Assembly (NCBI GenBank): GCA_052327205.1
Contig: CM126222.1
Coordinates: forward strand, 53,506,001 to 53,570,000
DNA length: 64,000 nt
Direction of reading: 5' to 3'
DNA from: Somniosus microcephalus
Taxonomy: Eukaryota
Part shown: piece by piece, positions 1 to 10,689 of the stretch
Layout: the number at the start of each line of letters is the position of its first letter
How positions within the stretch are numbered: position 1 is the first letter of the stretch
Notes under the pieces: model-generated
Databases searched by the model: none
Seen by the model: the letters and a program-made list of their open reading frames with translations, nothing else
What the model was told of the DNA's origin: nothing
Translations under genes and position numbers: made by a program

Positions 1-577
1 TGTGCACCAGTCGCTGAAGGTAAGCATGCAGGTGCAGCAGGCGGTTAAGAAGGCAAATGGTATGTTGGTCTTCGTAGCAAGAGGGTTCGAGTACAGGAAC
101 AAGGATGTCTTGCTGCAGTTGTACAGGGCCTTGGTGAGACCGCACCTTGAGTATTGTGTGCAGTTTTGGTTGCCTTATCTGAGGAAGGATGTTCTTGCCA
201 TGGAAGGAGTTCAGCGAAGATTCACCAGGCTGATACCTGGGATGGCAGGAATGACGTATGAGGAGAGATTGTGTCGATTGGGCTTATACTCACTGGAGTT
301 TAGAAGATTGAGAGGGGATCTCATCGAAACATATAAAATTCTGACAGGCCTGGACAGACTAGATGCAGGAAGGATGTTCCCGATGGCCGGGGAGTCCAGA
401 ACCAGGGGTCATCGTCTAAGGATAAGGGGTAAGCCATTTAGGACTGAGATGAGGAGGAATTTCTTCACCCAGAGAGTGGTGAACCTGTGGAATTCTCTGC
501 CACAGAGGGCGGTGGAGGCCAGTTCATTAAATATATTCAAGAAGGAGTTGGATATATTTCTTAAGGCTAAAGGGATC
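1..577 (+). mobile_element. CR1 LINE, 3' part of ORF2 (RT C-terminal region), interrupted by another CR1
   Basis: ORF 2..589 has CR1 motifs LYRALVRPHLEYCVQFW, LEFRRLRGDLIE, TRGH, RNFFTQRVVNLWNSLP. Sequence breaks at AAAGGGATC (~577) and resumes at 2551 (ATCAAGGGATATGGGGAG). Confidence 0.92.
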
Positions 578-2550
578 ATCAGAACATAAGAACATTAGAA
601 ATAGGAGCAGGAGTAGGCCAATCGGCCCCTCGAGCCTGCTCCACCATTCAATAAGATCATGGCTGATCTGATCCTAACCTCAAATCTTCTATCACTCTGC
701 ATCCACCCGAACCCATGTGATCTCCCGGGAGAGGCGAAAAACCAAATAATGACCCAATGGCCAATTTGGGAGAAAAAAATCTGGGAAATTCCTCTCCGAC
801 CCATCTAGGCGATCGAAATTCTTCCAGGAGATCACTCTGTCCCTATATTTTCTACAGTACTTACCTTCTGTAAAGGCGATCTCCACCCCAGCCAGGAACA
901 GGAATAAAACCATCTCCTGAAATCTAACACAGAATTAGAACACAGTAGGAGCAGAACCAGGCTACACGGCCCCTGGGCCCACTCCACTACCCACAGGGCC
1001 ATGACCATTCCGAACCTAGACTCATGTCCAATTTCCTGCCCGCTCCCCGTAACCCTTAATTCCCTTTACTTCTAGGAAACTATCTATTTCTGTTTTAAAT
1101 TTATTTAATGATGTAGCTTCCACAGCTTTCTGGGGCAGCAAATTCCACAAACCTACCACCCTCTGAGTGAAGAAGTTTCTCCTCATCTCAGTTTTGAAAG
1201 AGCAGCCCCTTATTCTAAGATTATGCCCCCAGTTCTAGTTTCACCCTTCATTGGGAACATCCTCACCGCATCCACCCGATCAAGCCCCTTCACAATCTTA
1301 TATGTTTCAATAAGATCCCTCTCATTCTTCTGAACTCCAATGAGTAGAGTCCCAATCTACTCAACCTCTCCTCATATGACCACCCCCTCATCCCCGGGAT
1401 TAACCGAGTGAACCTTCTTTGTACTGAATCGAGAGCAAGTATGTCTTTTCTTAAGTATGGACACCAAAACTGTATGCAGTATTCCAGGTGCGGTCTCACC
1501 AATACCTTGTTCAACTGCAGCAATACCTCCCTGTTTTTATATTCCATCCCCCTAGCAATAAAAGCCAACATTCCATTGGCCTTCTTGATCACTTGCTGCA
1601 CCTGCATACTAACTTTTTGAGTTTCGTGCACCAGGACCCCCAGATCCCTTTGTACTCCAGTACTTTCCAGTTTCTTGCCATTAAGATAATAACTTGCTCT
1701 ATGATTTTTCCTGCCAAAGTGCATAACCTCACACTTTCCAGTATTGTATTCCATCTGCCAAATCTCTGCCCACTTACTTAGCCTGTCTATGTCCCTTTGC
1801 AGGTTTTTTATGTCCTCCTCACTCACTACTTTCTGTCCCATCTTTGTATCATCTGCAAACTTTGATATGTTACACTCGGTCCCCTCCTCCAAATCGTTAA
1901 TATAGATTGTAAAGAGTTGGGGACCCAGCACTGACCCCTGCGGAACACCACTAGTTACTGGTTGCCAATCTGAGAACGAACCATTTATCCCAACTCTCTG
2001 CTTTCTGTTAGAGAGCCAATCCTCCACCCACGCCAGAATATTACCCCAATCCCGTGATTTTTTATCTTGAGCAATAATCTTTTGTGTGGCACCTTGTCAA
2101 ATGCCTTTTGGAAGTCTAAATACACTACGTCCACTGGTTCCCCTTTATCCACCCTGTATGTTACATCCTCAAAAAACTCAAGCAAATTTGTCAAACGTGA
2201 CTTCCCCTTCATGAAACCATGCTGAGTTTGTCCTAATAAATTATGTTTATCCAAATGTCCCGTTACTGTCTCCTTAATAATGGACTCTAACATTTTACCA
2301 ACCACAGATGTTAGGCTAACAGGTCTATAGTTTCCAGCCTTCTGCCTACTACCCTTTTTAAATAAGGGTGTTACATTAGCAGTTTTCCAATCTGCCGGGA
2401 CCTTTGCTGAGTCCAGTGAGTTTTGGAAAATTATTACCAATGCATCCACAATCCCTACCGCCACTTCCCTCAAGACCCTAGGATGCAAGCCATCAGGTCC
2501 AGGGGATTTATCCGCCTTGAGTCCCATTATTTTACCAAGTACCACTTCAT
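578..2550 (-). mobile_element. 5'-truncated CR1 LINE (frameshifted RT) with an unusually long, double-tailed 3' UTR
   Basis: ORFs 1985..2545 (NYRPVSLTS, YLDFQKAFDKV) and 1290..2027 (GVPQGSVLGP, KFADDT). The 3' microsatellite tail AGAACATAAGAACATT is at ~581. It sits inside the + strand CR1. Confidence 0.92.
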
Positions 2551-2681
2551 ATCAAGGGATATGGGGAGAAGGCAGGGACAGGGTACTGAATTTGGATGAT
2601 CAGCCATGATCTCATTGAATGGCGGAGCAGGCTCGAGGGGCCGAATGGCCTACTCCTGCTCCTATCTTCTATGTTTCTATG
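2551..2681 (+). mobile_element. 3' tail of the CR1 that begins at position 1
   Basis: GATCAGCCATGATC...AATGGCGGAGCAGGCTCGAGGGGCCGAATGGCCTACTCCTGCTCCT followed by TTCTATGTTTCTATG repeats. Confidence 0.85.
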
Positions 2682-3082
2682 AAATGTGATCTTTTTGAAA
2701 CATATAAGATTCTGAGGGGGTTGGACGAGGTAGATGCTGAAAGGATGTTTCCCCTCGTGGGGGAATCTAGTACTAGAGGGCATAGTTTCAGAATAAGGGG
2801 TCGCCCAATTAAGTCAGAGATGAGGGGGAATTTCTTCTTTCAGAGGGTCGTGAATCTTTGGAATTCTCTACCCCAGAGCGCTGTGGAGACAGTCATTGAA
2901 TATATTCAAGGCGGAGATTGACAGATTTTTGAACTACAGGGCAGTCAAGGGTTATGGGGAACAGGCAGAAAAGTGGAATTGAGGCCAAGATCAGATCAGC
3001 CATGATATTATTGAATGGTGGAGCAGGCTCGAGGGGCCGAATGGCCTACTCCTGCACCTATTTCTAATTTTCTTATATCCTT
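2682..3082 (+). mobile_element. CR1 LINE 3' fragment
   Basis: Encodes DLFETYKILRGLD...TRGHSFRI...FFQRVVNLWNSLP and ends in the same CR1 3' hairpin/tail. Confidence 0.88.
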
Positions 3083-4124
3083 AAATGATGTTTTACACTG
3101 AATCCAATTGGTGTGTTCTCAGCAAATTCAAGCCAAAAACACAATTTCATTTTTTAGAATGACAAAGGTTCAGAATGACAAAGATCTGGGGTTAATCCAA
3201 TTCTCTTTCCTGAAAAACATAAGACATTTATTTTCATCTTCACAGTTGTTAAGATGTTTAAGTAAATTTTAAAATGCATGTTATTGATATATCTTCATGT
3301 TACATGGGGAGCAGGAGTTACACAATTATGGCACCTCAAACAAGCCATATAATGATCAGTGCCAATATTGCTTTGGAAAATTGATCCATGTTGAAGACGG
3401 TCATGCTTTCTGTGTCCACTTCATAGTTCTCAAGCTGCAGTATATGCTGCAAAAGCACAAGCTACACTTTGTAAAATAGTGCAAAAATCAGAGAAAGCAA
3501 ATGGAAACTGGGCCCAACATATCAGGGCAGCGAATTGGCAAAATTATTTGATAGAAACAAGGTGGTGAAGTACCCATTGGAGATTAGAATACATTTCATC
3601 TCCGAGTTCAAATCCAGCCCAAACTGATGGGCTGAAAGTTTCCTCCTCCGTTTACTGGCTGGAAGTGCCCTGTGTGAAATGAGTTTGAGCAGTCTGAATC
3701 CAATTCCTCGTGCGCATGACTCTGCAGCACAAAACGGCTCCTAATTTGTTCCTACTTAGTGATATACCTATCAATTCATCCAATGAAAAGCGACGAGTTA
3801 AGATAGTAACTATAGGTTTTTATTGGCTAAATAACAGAGCCCACCCTCGTGGGTGATCGGGTCCAACAAGGAGGAATACCAGCCAGTTGACCACCTTTAT
3901 ACCTGGGCAAGCAGGCGGAGTCATGGGCGGAGTCAGCTGTGGTCAGCCCAGGTATAACAGCGTGACAAGAGGTGACCTTGTGTGGTGATACAACAGTGTA
4001 AACAGTGATAACCATAGTGTAACGATATAAACAGTGATAACCATAGTGTAACGATAGTGAACGATAAAAGTGGTTTACCACATTCGCCCCTTGTTTAGAT
4101 TTGAGTCCGGCGGGGTGAAGTGTA

Positions 4125-7100
4125 CTACCAGTTCGGGTATGTCAGTCTGTCCGGAGGCCTCGTAAGTCTCTCTGATCGGCGCAGCAGCGGCGGCGGTGAT
4201 GCAGTATCCGATGTTAATGCTGGTGTCTGCGTGGTCGGCGAAGGCTCGTGGGGTTCCGGCATGCCGTCTACCTGGGGTGGATTTGGGGGGGTGGTAGGGG
4301 GTAACGGTGGTGTCTCAGGGGTGCCCGAGGGTGCAAGGTCTCGTAAGGAGACTGTGTCCTCCCGCCCGTCTGGGTATGCCACATAGGCGTACTGGGGGTT
4401 GGCGTGCAGGAGGTCCACCCTCTCGACCAGGGGGTCCGTTTTATGGGCCCTCACGTGCTTTCGCAGCAAGACGGGCTCCGGAGAAGTCAGCCATGTTGGT
4501 AGCGAGGTTCCCGTAGTCGACTTCCTGGGGAAAACAAACATTCGTTCATGGGGGGTGGCGTTAATGGCCGTGCAAAGCAGTGACCGGATGGAATGCAGCG
4601 CTGCCGGGAGGACTTCCTGCCAGCGAGAGGTTGGCAGGCCCTTAGACTTCAGGGCTAAGAGAACGGCCTTCCAGACAGTCGCGTTCTCTCTTTCCACCTG
4701 GCCGTTCCCTCGGGGGTTGTAGCTGGTGGTCCTGCTTGCAGCAATGCCTCTCGCTAGTAGGAACTGGCGAAGTTCCTCGCTCATGAAGGATGAGCCCCGG
4801 TCGCTATGTATATAGTTCGGGAACCCGAACAAGGCGAAGAGGTCGTTCAGGCATTTGATGACCGTGGTACTGGTCATGTCTGGGCAGGGGAAGGCAAAGG
4901 GGAAACGGGAGTACTCATCAATGATGTTGAGGAAGTACACATTACGGTCAGAGGACGGGAGGGGCCCCTTAAAATCGATGCTCAAGCGCTCGAAGGGGCG
5001 GGTGGCCTTGATCAGGCTTGCTCTGTCCGGCCTAAAGAAATGCGGTTTGCATTCGGCGCAGGTTTGGCAGTTCCTGGTCATGGTCCTGACCTCCTCGATG
5101 GAGTAGGGCAGGTTGCGGGCGTTAATGAAGTGGTAAAGTCTGGTGACCCCGGGGTGGCAGAGGTCATTGTGGAGGGTCTGCAGTCTATCAATTTGCGCGT
5201 TGGCGCATGTACTTTGTGATAGAGCATCTGGGGGTTCGTTCAGTTTACCAGGCCGGTACAAGATATCATAATCATAGGTGGAGAGCTCGATTCTCCACCT
5301 CAAGATCTTGTCGTTCTTGATTTTGCCCCTCAGCTTGTTATTAAACATAAAAGCGACCGAACGCTGGTCGGTGAGGAGGGTAAATCGTTTGCCTGCCAGG
5401 TAATGCCTCCAGCGTCGTACTGCCTCCACGATCGCCTGGGCCTCCTTCTCGACCGAAGAGTGTCGGATCTCAGGGCCCTGGAGGGTCCTTGAGAAGAAGG
5501 CCACAGGTCTCCCCGCCTGGTTAAGGGTTGCTGCTAGGGCAAAGTCGGATGCATCGCTCTCCACTTGGAAAGGGATAGACTCATCCACCGCGTGCATCGT
5601 GGCCTTAGCAATGTCTCCCTTTATGAGGGAGAAGGCTGCGCACGCTTCTGCCGTCAGGGGGAAGGAGGTGGACTTCATGAGGGGTCTGGCTTTGTCCGCA
5701 TCATTCGGCACCCATTGGGCATAGTAGGCGAAGAGCCCCAGGGTTCTCTTCAGCGCCTTTGGACAGTGGGGGAGGGGTAGCTCCATGAGGGGGCGCATTC
5801 TTTCGGGGTCGGGGCCGATGACCCCGTTCTCTACTACGCAGCCGAGGATGGTGAGACGCGAGGTGTTAAACACACATTTCTCCTTATTGTAAGTGAGGTT
5901 CAGCCGTTCGGCCGTACGGAGGAATTTCTCCAGATTAACATCGTGGTCCTGCCGGTCGCGGCCGCAGATGGTGACGTTATCTAGATAAGGGAACGTGGCC
6001 TGCAGCCCGTTCTGGTCAACCATCCGGTCCATCTCCCTTTGGAAGACCGAAACCCCGTTGGTGACGCCGAAGGGAACCCTAAGGAAGTGGTAGAGGCGGC
6101 CATTCACCTCGAAGGCGGTATACTGGCGGTCCTCAGGGCGGATAGGGAGTTGGTGATAGGCCGACTTAAGGTCGATGGTGGAGAATACCCGGTACTGTGC
6201 AATCTGATTGACCATATCAGATATGCGGGGAAGGGGGTATGCGTCCAGCTGGGTGTACCGGTTTATGGTTTGGCTGTAGTCGATGACCAGGCGGTTTTTA
6301 TTGCCGGTCTTAACGACTACGACCTGGGCACGCCAGGGGCTGTTGCTCCTCTCGATGATGCCCTCCTTCAGGAGACGCTGCACCTCAGAGCTAATAAGAG
6401 CTCTGTCCCCGGCGCTGTACCGCCTGCTCTTGGTGGCGATGGGTTTACAGTCGCGGGTGAGGTTAGCGAACAGGGAGGGGGGCGGGACCTTGAGGGTGGA
6501 TAGGCCGCAGGTGGTATGTGGTGGGCGGTTTAAAGGCTGCTGGTTGTCGACTGTGAGTGGGGGGAGGGGTCCACCGTATGCCAAAGTGACACTTTGAAGG
6601 TGGGATTGGAAGTCCAGCCCTAGTAGGATGGCAGCGCAGAGCTGGGGCAGGACGAGGAGTTTAAAATTTTTATACTCCGTGCCCCTAACCGACAGGGTCA
6701 CAACACAGTAGCCGCTGATGTCTGTAGAATGGGACCTCGACGCCATCGAGATCCGGTTGCGCGTTGGCCGGACAGTGAGGGAGTAGTGGCTCACCGTGTC
6801 TGGATGGATGAAACTCTCCGTGCTTCCGCTGTCGAACAGGCAGGTCATGGCATGGCCGTTTACTTTGATGTCCATCATGGACTTGGACAGGTGATGCGGG
6901 CGAGCTTGGTCCAGTGTGACGGAGGCTAGTGTATGGCTGAGCGAGCTGCTGTAGTCTGCGGGTGAGGCGGTGGTCGGGTCTGGAGACAAGGTGGCGGTCG
7001 AGTGTGGTGGACAAAATGGCGGCGCCCACGAGGTTGAATAAAATGGCGGAGGAGATGGCCGCCCCCACAACTCACATGAGGCACTGCTGGCATCGGTGGC

Positions 7101-7184
7101 CTTGATCAAAGATGGCCGCCCCCACGACTCACACGAGGGGATACTGGCATCTGTGGCCTTGATGAAAGATGGCCGCCCCCACAA
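4125..7184 (-). CDS. Gypsy Pol polyprotein (aspartic protease, RT, RNase H, integrase)
   Basis: LFDSGS protease site; IDLKSAYHQL and YLDN RT motifs; SDAS and LTDQ RNase H motifs; H-x3-CH...C-x2-C zinc finger; DFKGP/SDRG/GNGQVER integrase DDE. The 1019-aa frame is open and extends upstream into the Gag zinc knuckles (CFFC..H..C, CSDC..GH..C). Confidence 0.95.
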   Translation of the reverse strand: MWGRPSFIKATDASIPSCESWGRPSLIKATDASSASCELWGRPSPPPFYSTSWAPPFCPPHSTATLSPDPTTASPADYSSSLSHTLASVTLDQARPHHLSKSMMDIKVNGHAMTCLFDSGSTESFIHPDTVSHYSLTVRPTRNRISMASRSHSTDISGYCVVTLSVRGTEYKNFKLLVLPQLCAAILLGLDFQSHLQSVTLAYGGPLPPLTVDNQQPLNRPPHTTCGLSTLKVPPPSLFANLTRDCKPIATKSRRYSAGDRALISSEVQRLLKEGIIERSNSPWRAQVVVVKTGNKNRLVIDYSQTINRYTQLDAYPLPRISDMVNQIAQYRVFSTIDLKSAYHQLPIRPEDRQYTAFEVNGRLYHFLRVPFGVTNGVSVFQREMDRMVDQNGLQATFPYLDNVTICGRDRQDHDVNLEKFLRTAERLNLTYNKEKCVFNTSRLTILGCVVENGVIGPDPERMRPLMELPLPHCPKALKRTLGLFAYYAQWVPNDADKARPLMKSTSFPLTAEACAAFSLIKGDIAKATMHAVDESIPFQVESDASDFALAATLNQAGRPVAFFSRTLQGPEIRHSSVEKEAQAIVEAVRRWRHYLAGKRFTLLTDQRSVAFMFNNKLRGKIKNDKILRWRIELSTYDYDILYRPGKLNEPPDALSQSTCANAQIDRLQTLHNDLCHPGVTRLYHFINARNLPYSIEEVRTMTRNCQTCAECKPHFFRPDRASLIKATRPFERLSIDFKGPLPSSDRNVYFLNIIDEYSRFPFAFPCPDMTSTTVIKCLNDLFALFGFPNYIHSDRGSSFMSEELRQFLLARGIAASRTTSYNPRGNGQVERENATVWKAVLLALKSKGLPTSRWQEVLPAALHSIRSLLCTAINATPHERMFVFPRKSTTGTSLPTWLTSPEPVLLRKHVRAHKTDPLVERVDLLHANPQYAYVAYPDGREDTVSLRDLAPSGTPETPPLPPTTPPNPPQVDGMPEPHEPSPTTQTPALTSDTASPPPLLRRSERLTRPPDRLTYPNW

Positions 7185-8083
7185 CTCGCATGAGGCACTG
7201 CTGGCATCTGTGGCTCTCCCCCTGCAGGCCTTAGCGAAGTGGCCTTTCTTGTGGCAATCGGAGCAAGTCGCGTTTCTTGCAGGGCAGCGTGTCCTCGGGT
7301 GTTTCGCCTGGCCACAGAAGAAGCAGCCGGCGGCCGATCGCGGGGCTCCGATGTTGCAGCCGGTACCGGGGGTGGCGGTCCCGATCGGTTCTGGGACGCC
7401 GACGCTGAGGTAGGTCCCAGAGGCGGCGGTGCGAGGGGTATTGCGGCTGGGGTCGGGCCAGAGTCCCAGGGTCGCGCAGCACAGTACCTGGAATACGCCT
7501 CGAGGTCCCGATGGGCCACTTCCAGAGAGCGAGCGAGGGCTGCAGTTGTATTCAGGTCGAGGTCCTTTGATTCGAGCAGTCTTTGCCGTGAGTAGTCGGA
7601 CCGAAGGCCTTTCACGAAGGCATCGCGGATATTCCTTTCAGTATTTTCTGCAGCCGTTACAGCTTTAAAGTCACAGTCCCTGCCGAGTGTTTGTAGCGCC
7701 CGTAAAAATTCATCTACAGACTCTCCTGGCTGTTGCGAGCGGGATCTTAGGAGATGTCTGGCATACATAGAGTTTACCGGGCTCCGGTACTGCTCTTTCA
7801 GCAGGTTGAGGGCGTCCTCATATGTAGTAAGGTCCTGGATGAGTGCAAACACTTTAGGGCTCACTTGGGCGGTCAGAACTCTTAGTTTGGATCCCGGAGG
7901 CACGCCGGATTCTCCCAGGTAGGATTCGAAACAGCTCAGCCAGTGTTTGAAGTCGAGGGCTGAGTTCGCTGCCTGTGGGTTTAGATCCAGGTACGGCGGT
8001 CGGAGGGCTCACAGCCAGGCCGGCTGCTGTGGCTGTTGTAGCTGGCCGTTTGGCTGGTCGTTTGGCTGCTCCGATCCACTCAT
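7185..8083 (-). pseudogene. Gypsy gag, disrupted
   Basis: ATG at 8083 reads MSGSEQP...AWL*ALRPPYLDLNP..FKHWLSCFESYL, with an in-frame TGA at 8009-8011 (probably CGA>TGA). Contains QQPGESVDEF and RDAFVKGL motifs. A frameshift near 7350 precedes the zinc knuckles. Confidence 0.8.
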
Positions 8084-8907
8084 TTCAAAATTTAGCCAAT
8101 AAAATTGATATACCTATCAATTCATCCAATGAAAAGCGACGAGTTAAGATAGTAACTATAGGTTTTTATTGGCTAAATAACAGAGCCCACCCTCGTGGGT
8201 GATCGGGTCCAACAAGGAGGAATACCAGCCAGTCGACCACCTTTATACCTGGGCAAGCAGGCGGAGTCAGCTGTGGTCAGCCCAGGTATAACAGCGTGAC
8301 AAGAGGTGACCTTGTGTGGTGATACAACAGTGTAAACAGTGATAACCATAGTGTAACGATATAAACAGTGATAACCATAGTGTAACGATAGTGAACGATA
8401 AAAGTGGTTTACCACACTTAGCAATTTTATTCAAAGGCCACAGGATGATTGGTGTGGAATTAAATTTTAAAATGCTACATCGACACTGTAGCTAGTGTGC
8501 TTCTGAGGCTGGGACACATTTTGGTGGCAGAATAGAGGGAGCTGGCTCTGATATGCTTCATCAGGGAGGACAATGGGTTTGGAAGCTAGCTGGAGATGGT
8601 GTTTCAGGCAGGGAGACCAAGAAAGAATAACTTAGGAGATAAAATACACTCTGATTTAAAATATACATACATAATTGGGGATTTTCTAACATTCATCCAT
8701 CTTCAGGAATCCAATCCCTCCACCTGTCTTTTGCAAACCTTAGGAATCCTTCAAACAGGCCTTGCATTGCCAGGCCGTTTGTCTTCTTACAATCATCAGT
8801 TCCCAATCATTTATACTGGGGAGGTCAGGAAGTCCTCCAACCTACAACATCCATTCAGCACTGAGGAATTTTTATTCAACAATTCTGTGTTTTTCTTAGT
8901 AACCAAG

Positions 8908-9136
8908 TGACGTAAGAAAACTACTAGGCACTTGGTCTGAGTATTAAACAAGGCTTTAATCAACTGTTTTTCAACATGGAGATCTAGTTGTGTCCTTCAC
9001 TGGTTCCTGTTAAAGAATGTCCTGAGCAAGCTGGGCCCATGCCCGAGTATTTATACTCTCCCTGGACAGCGCCACCAGCAGGCCAGCCAGTATTATTTCA
9101 TAAGTCATTTCCACATGAATGACAAGATTCATGTCA
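8908..9136 (-). mobile_element. Solo LTR, family S1 copy 1
   Basis: TGAC...GTCA ends, 5-bp TSD CCAAG, TATA box (GAGTATAAATA on the - strand). Homologous to three other copies in the window. Confidence 0.9.
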
Positions 9137-10189
9137 CCAAGTTTTATTTTCATCTTGAGGTTGACATGACACTGTTCTATCCATTGCAAGTATGTTTGTT
9201 AAAGTACCTGAGGAATGTTGCAGTATTGATGAATTAAGAACGTTCTCAGATGTAACTTGAAAATTCATCAGCTATGCAGCTCTGATATATTGACATATGA
9301 CTTGCGTGAACATAAATGACTTAGACATTTGAATCCATTTTCTATTGACTTCATCAAGGTCAACAAATGCCATCAAACTAGGTTAGCACCATAGCCACTG
9401 ACATTAAATTTAACCTTCATGCAAATACCGTCTGACAAAGAATTAACAAGATTCCGGAAAACTAAAAAACTTCAACAAATATAATAGCACTTGGCTGGTC
9501 CTGAAATAATGACATTTCCATTACATTACCAGAGACACCAAAGTTTCCAACATAGCCTGAATGAGAAGCGTGTTTTTATACATTCATTTTGTCATCTTTG
9601 CACTTAGTAAGTGTGACAAGCCCATCTAGTCAAGTATAATTGCATGAAATAAAAGATCAAGTTGCCTACACATGAGCTCATCATGCTTTCAGAAGGATCT
9701 TCCAGACGGCACTATTATAACATTTTCATTTGTTACACTTTCTATTCTTAAGGACTCTCAGCAGTACTACTTAATTTCTGTTATGGATTACATCCATGAG
9801 GGACTGGATTGGGCCTGCCCACTCATTTAGATTATTAGGTAATCCACATTTCCATATAATTTTGCTGTCTTCATGAAAAATTATTACTTTAAATGTAGTA
9901 ATTTCTTCATTGAACTAGAAAACAAAGAAATTACATGTGAACGTGTGAAATATTCATCCACTAATTTCATTAACAGTAATTTGGAGATTTTATTTTCTAC
10001 AAGCACACCACATAATGATGGAAAAATCTTCAAAATGCAGCAGTTTATCATGTGCATCCAATGTCATCATGATAAAAATGGTCTTCTGGCGCTTGTACCT
10101 TTGGCAAAGAAGGCAGTGCACCTTTAATTATAATTTAGGTTATTATTCCAAAAACTTGGCACAGAATTTAAATTATAATATGTATATAT

Positions 10190-10689
10190 TTTTTTTATTC
10201 ATTCATGGGATCTGGGCAATGCCAGCATTTATTGCCCATCACTAATTGCCCTTGAGAAGGTGAGCCGCCTTCTTGAACCGCTGCAGTCCGTGTGGTGAAG
10301 GTACTCCCACAGTGCTGTTAGGGAGGGAGTTCCAGGATTTTGGCCCAGTGACAATGAAGGAACAGCGATATATTTCCAAGTCAGGGTGGTGTGTGACTTG
10401 GAAGGGAACTTGCAGGTGGTGCTGTTCCCATGCGCCTGCTGCCCTTGTCCTTCTAGGTGGTAGAGGTCGTGTGTTTGGAACGTGCTACCGAAGAAGCCTT
10501 GGCGAGTTGCTACAGTGCATCTTGTAGATGGTACACACTGCAGCCGCGGTACGCCAGTGGTGGGAGGGAGTGAATGTTTAAGGTGGTGGATGGGGTGCCA
10601 ATCAAGCAGGCTGCTTTGTCCTGGATGGTTTCGAGCTTCTTGAGTGTTGTTGGAACTGCACTCATCCAGGCAAGTGGAGAGTATTCCAT
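10190..10689 (-). mobile_element. LINE 3' fragment (CR1/L2-group family distinct from the HER1-like CR1)
   Basis: Same sequence as 16180-17025 and 21255-21938 (MEYSPLAWMSAAPTTLKKL..IQDKAA), with a GAAT/A-rich tail. Confidence 0.8.

Larger units (their letters stand above)
3760..8416 (-). mobile_element. Complete Ty3/Gypsy LTR retrotransposon (element G1)
   Basis: LTRs at 3760-4082 and 8106-8416 (TG...CA; differ by one substitution and a 12-bp duplication). TSD CTTAG at 3755-3759 and 8417-8421. Purine-rich PPT next to the 3' LTR (4083-4095). Gene order gag-PR-RT-RH-IN. Confidence 0.97.
3590..8550 (+). repeat. Old LF-SINE-like tRNA-derived SINE split by the Gypsy insertion (pieces ~3590-3759 and ~8422-8550)
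   Basis: B-box GAGTTCAAATCCAGCCC, then CCTGTGTGAAATGAGTT..GTCTGAATCCAATTCCT..CACAAAAC, which resembles my recollection of the LF-SINE consensus. A related piece lies at ~35671-35790. Confidence 0.5.

Noticed and set aside
857-870. U1 snRNA 5' end (TACTTACCT)
   Set aside because: No further U1 similarity; better explained as a minus-strand splice donor.
9180-10130. Fossil hAT transposase
   Set aside because: Only a vague CxxxxxNL resemblance, with stops and no TIRs.
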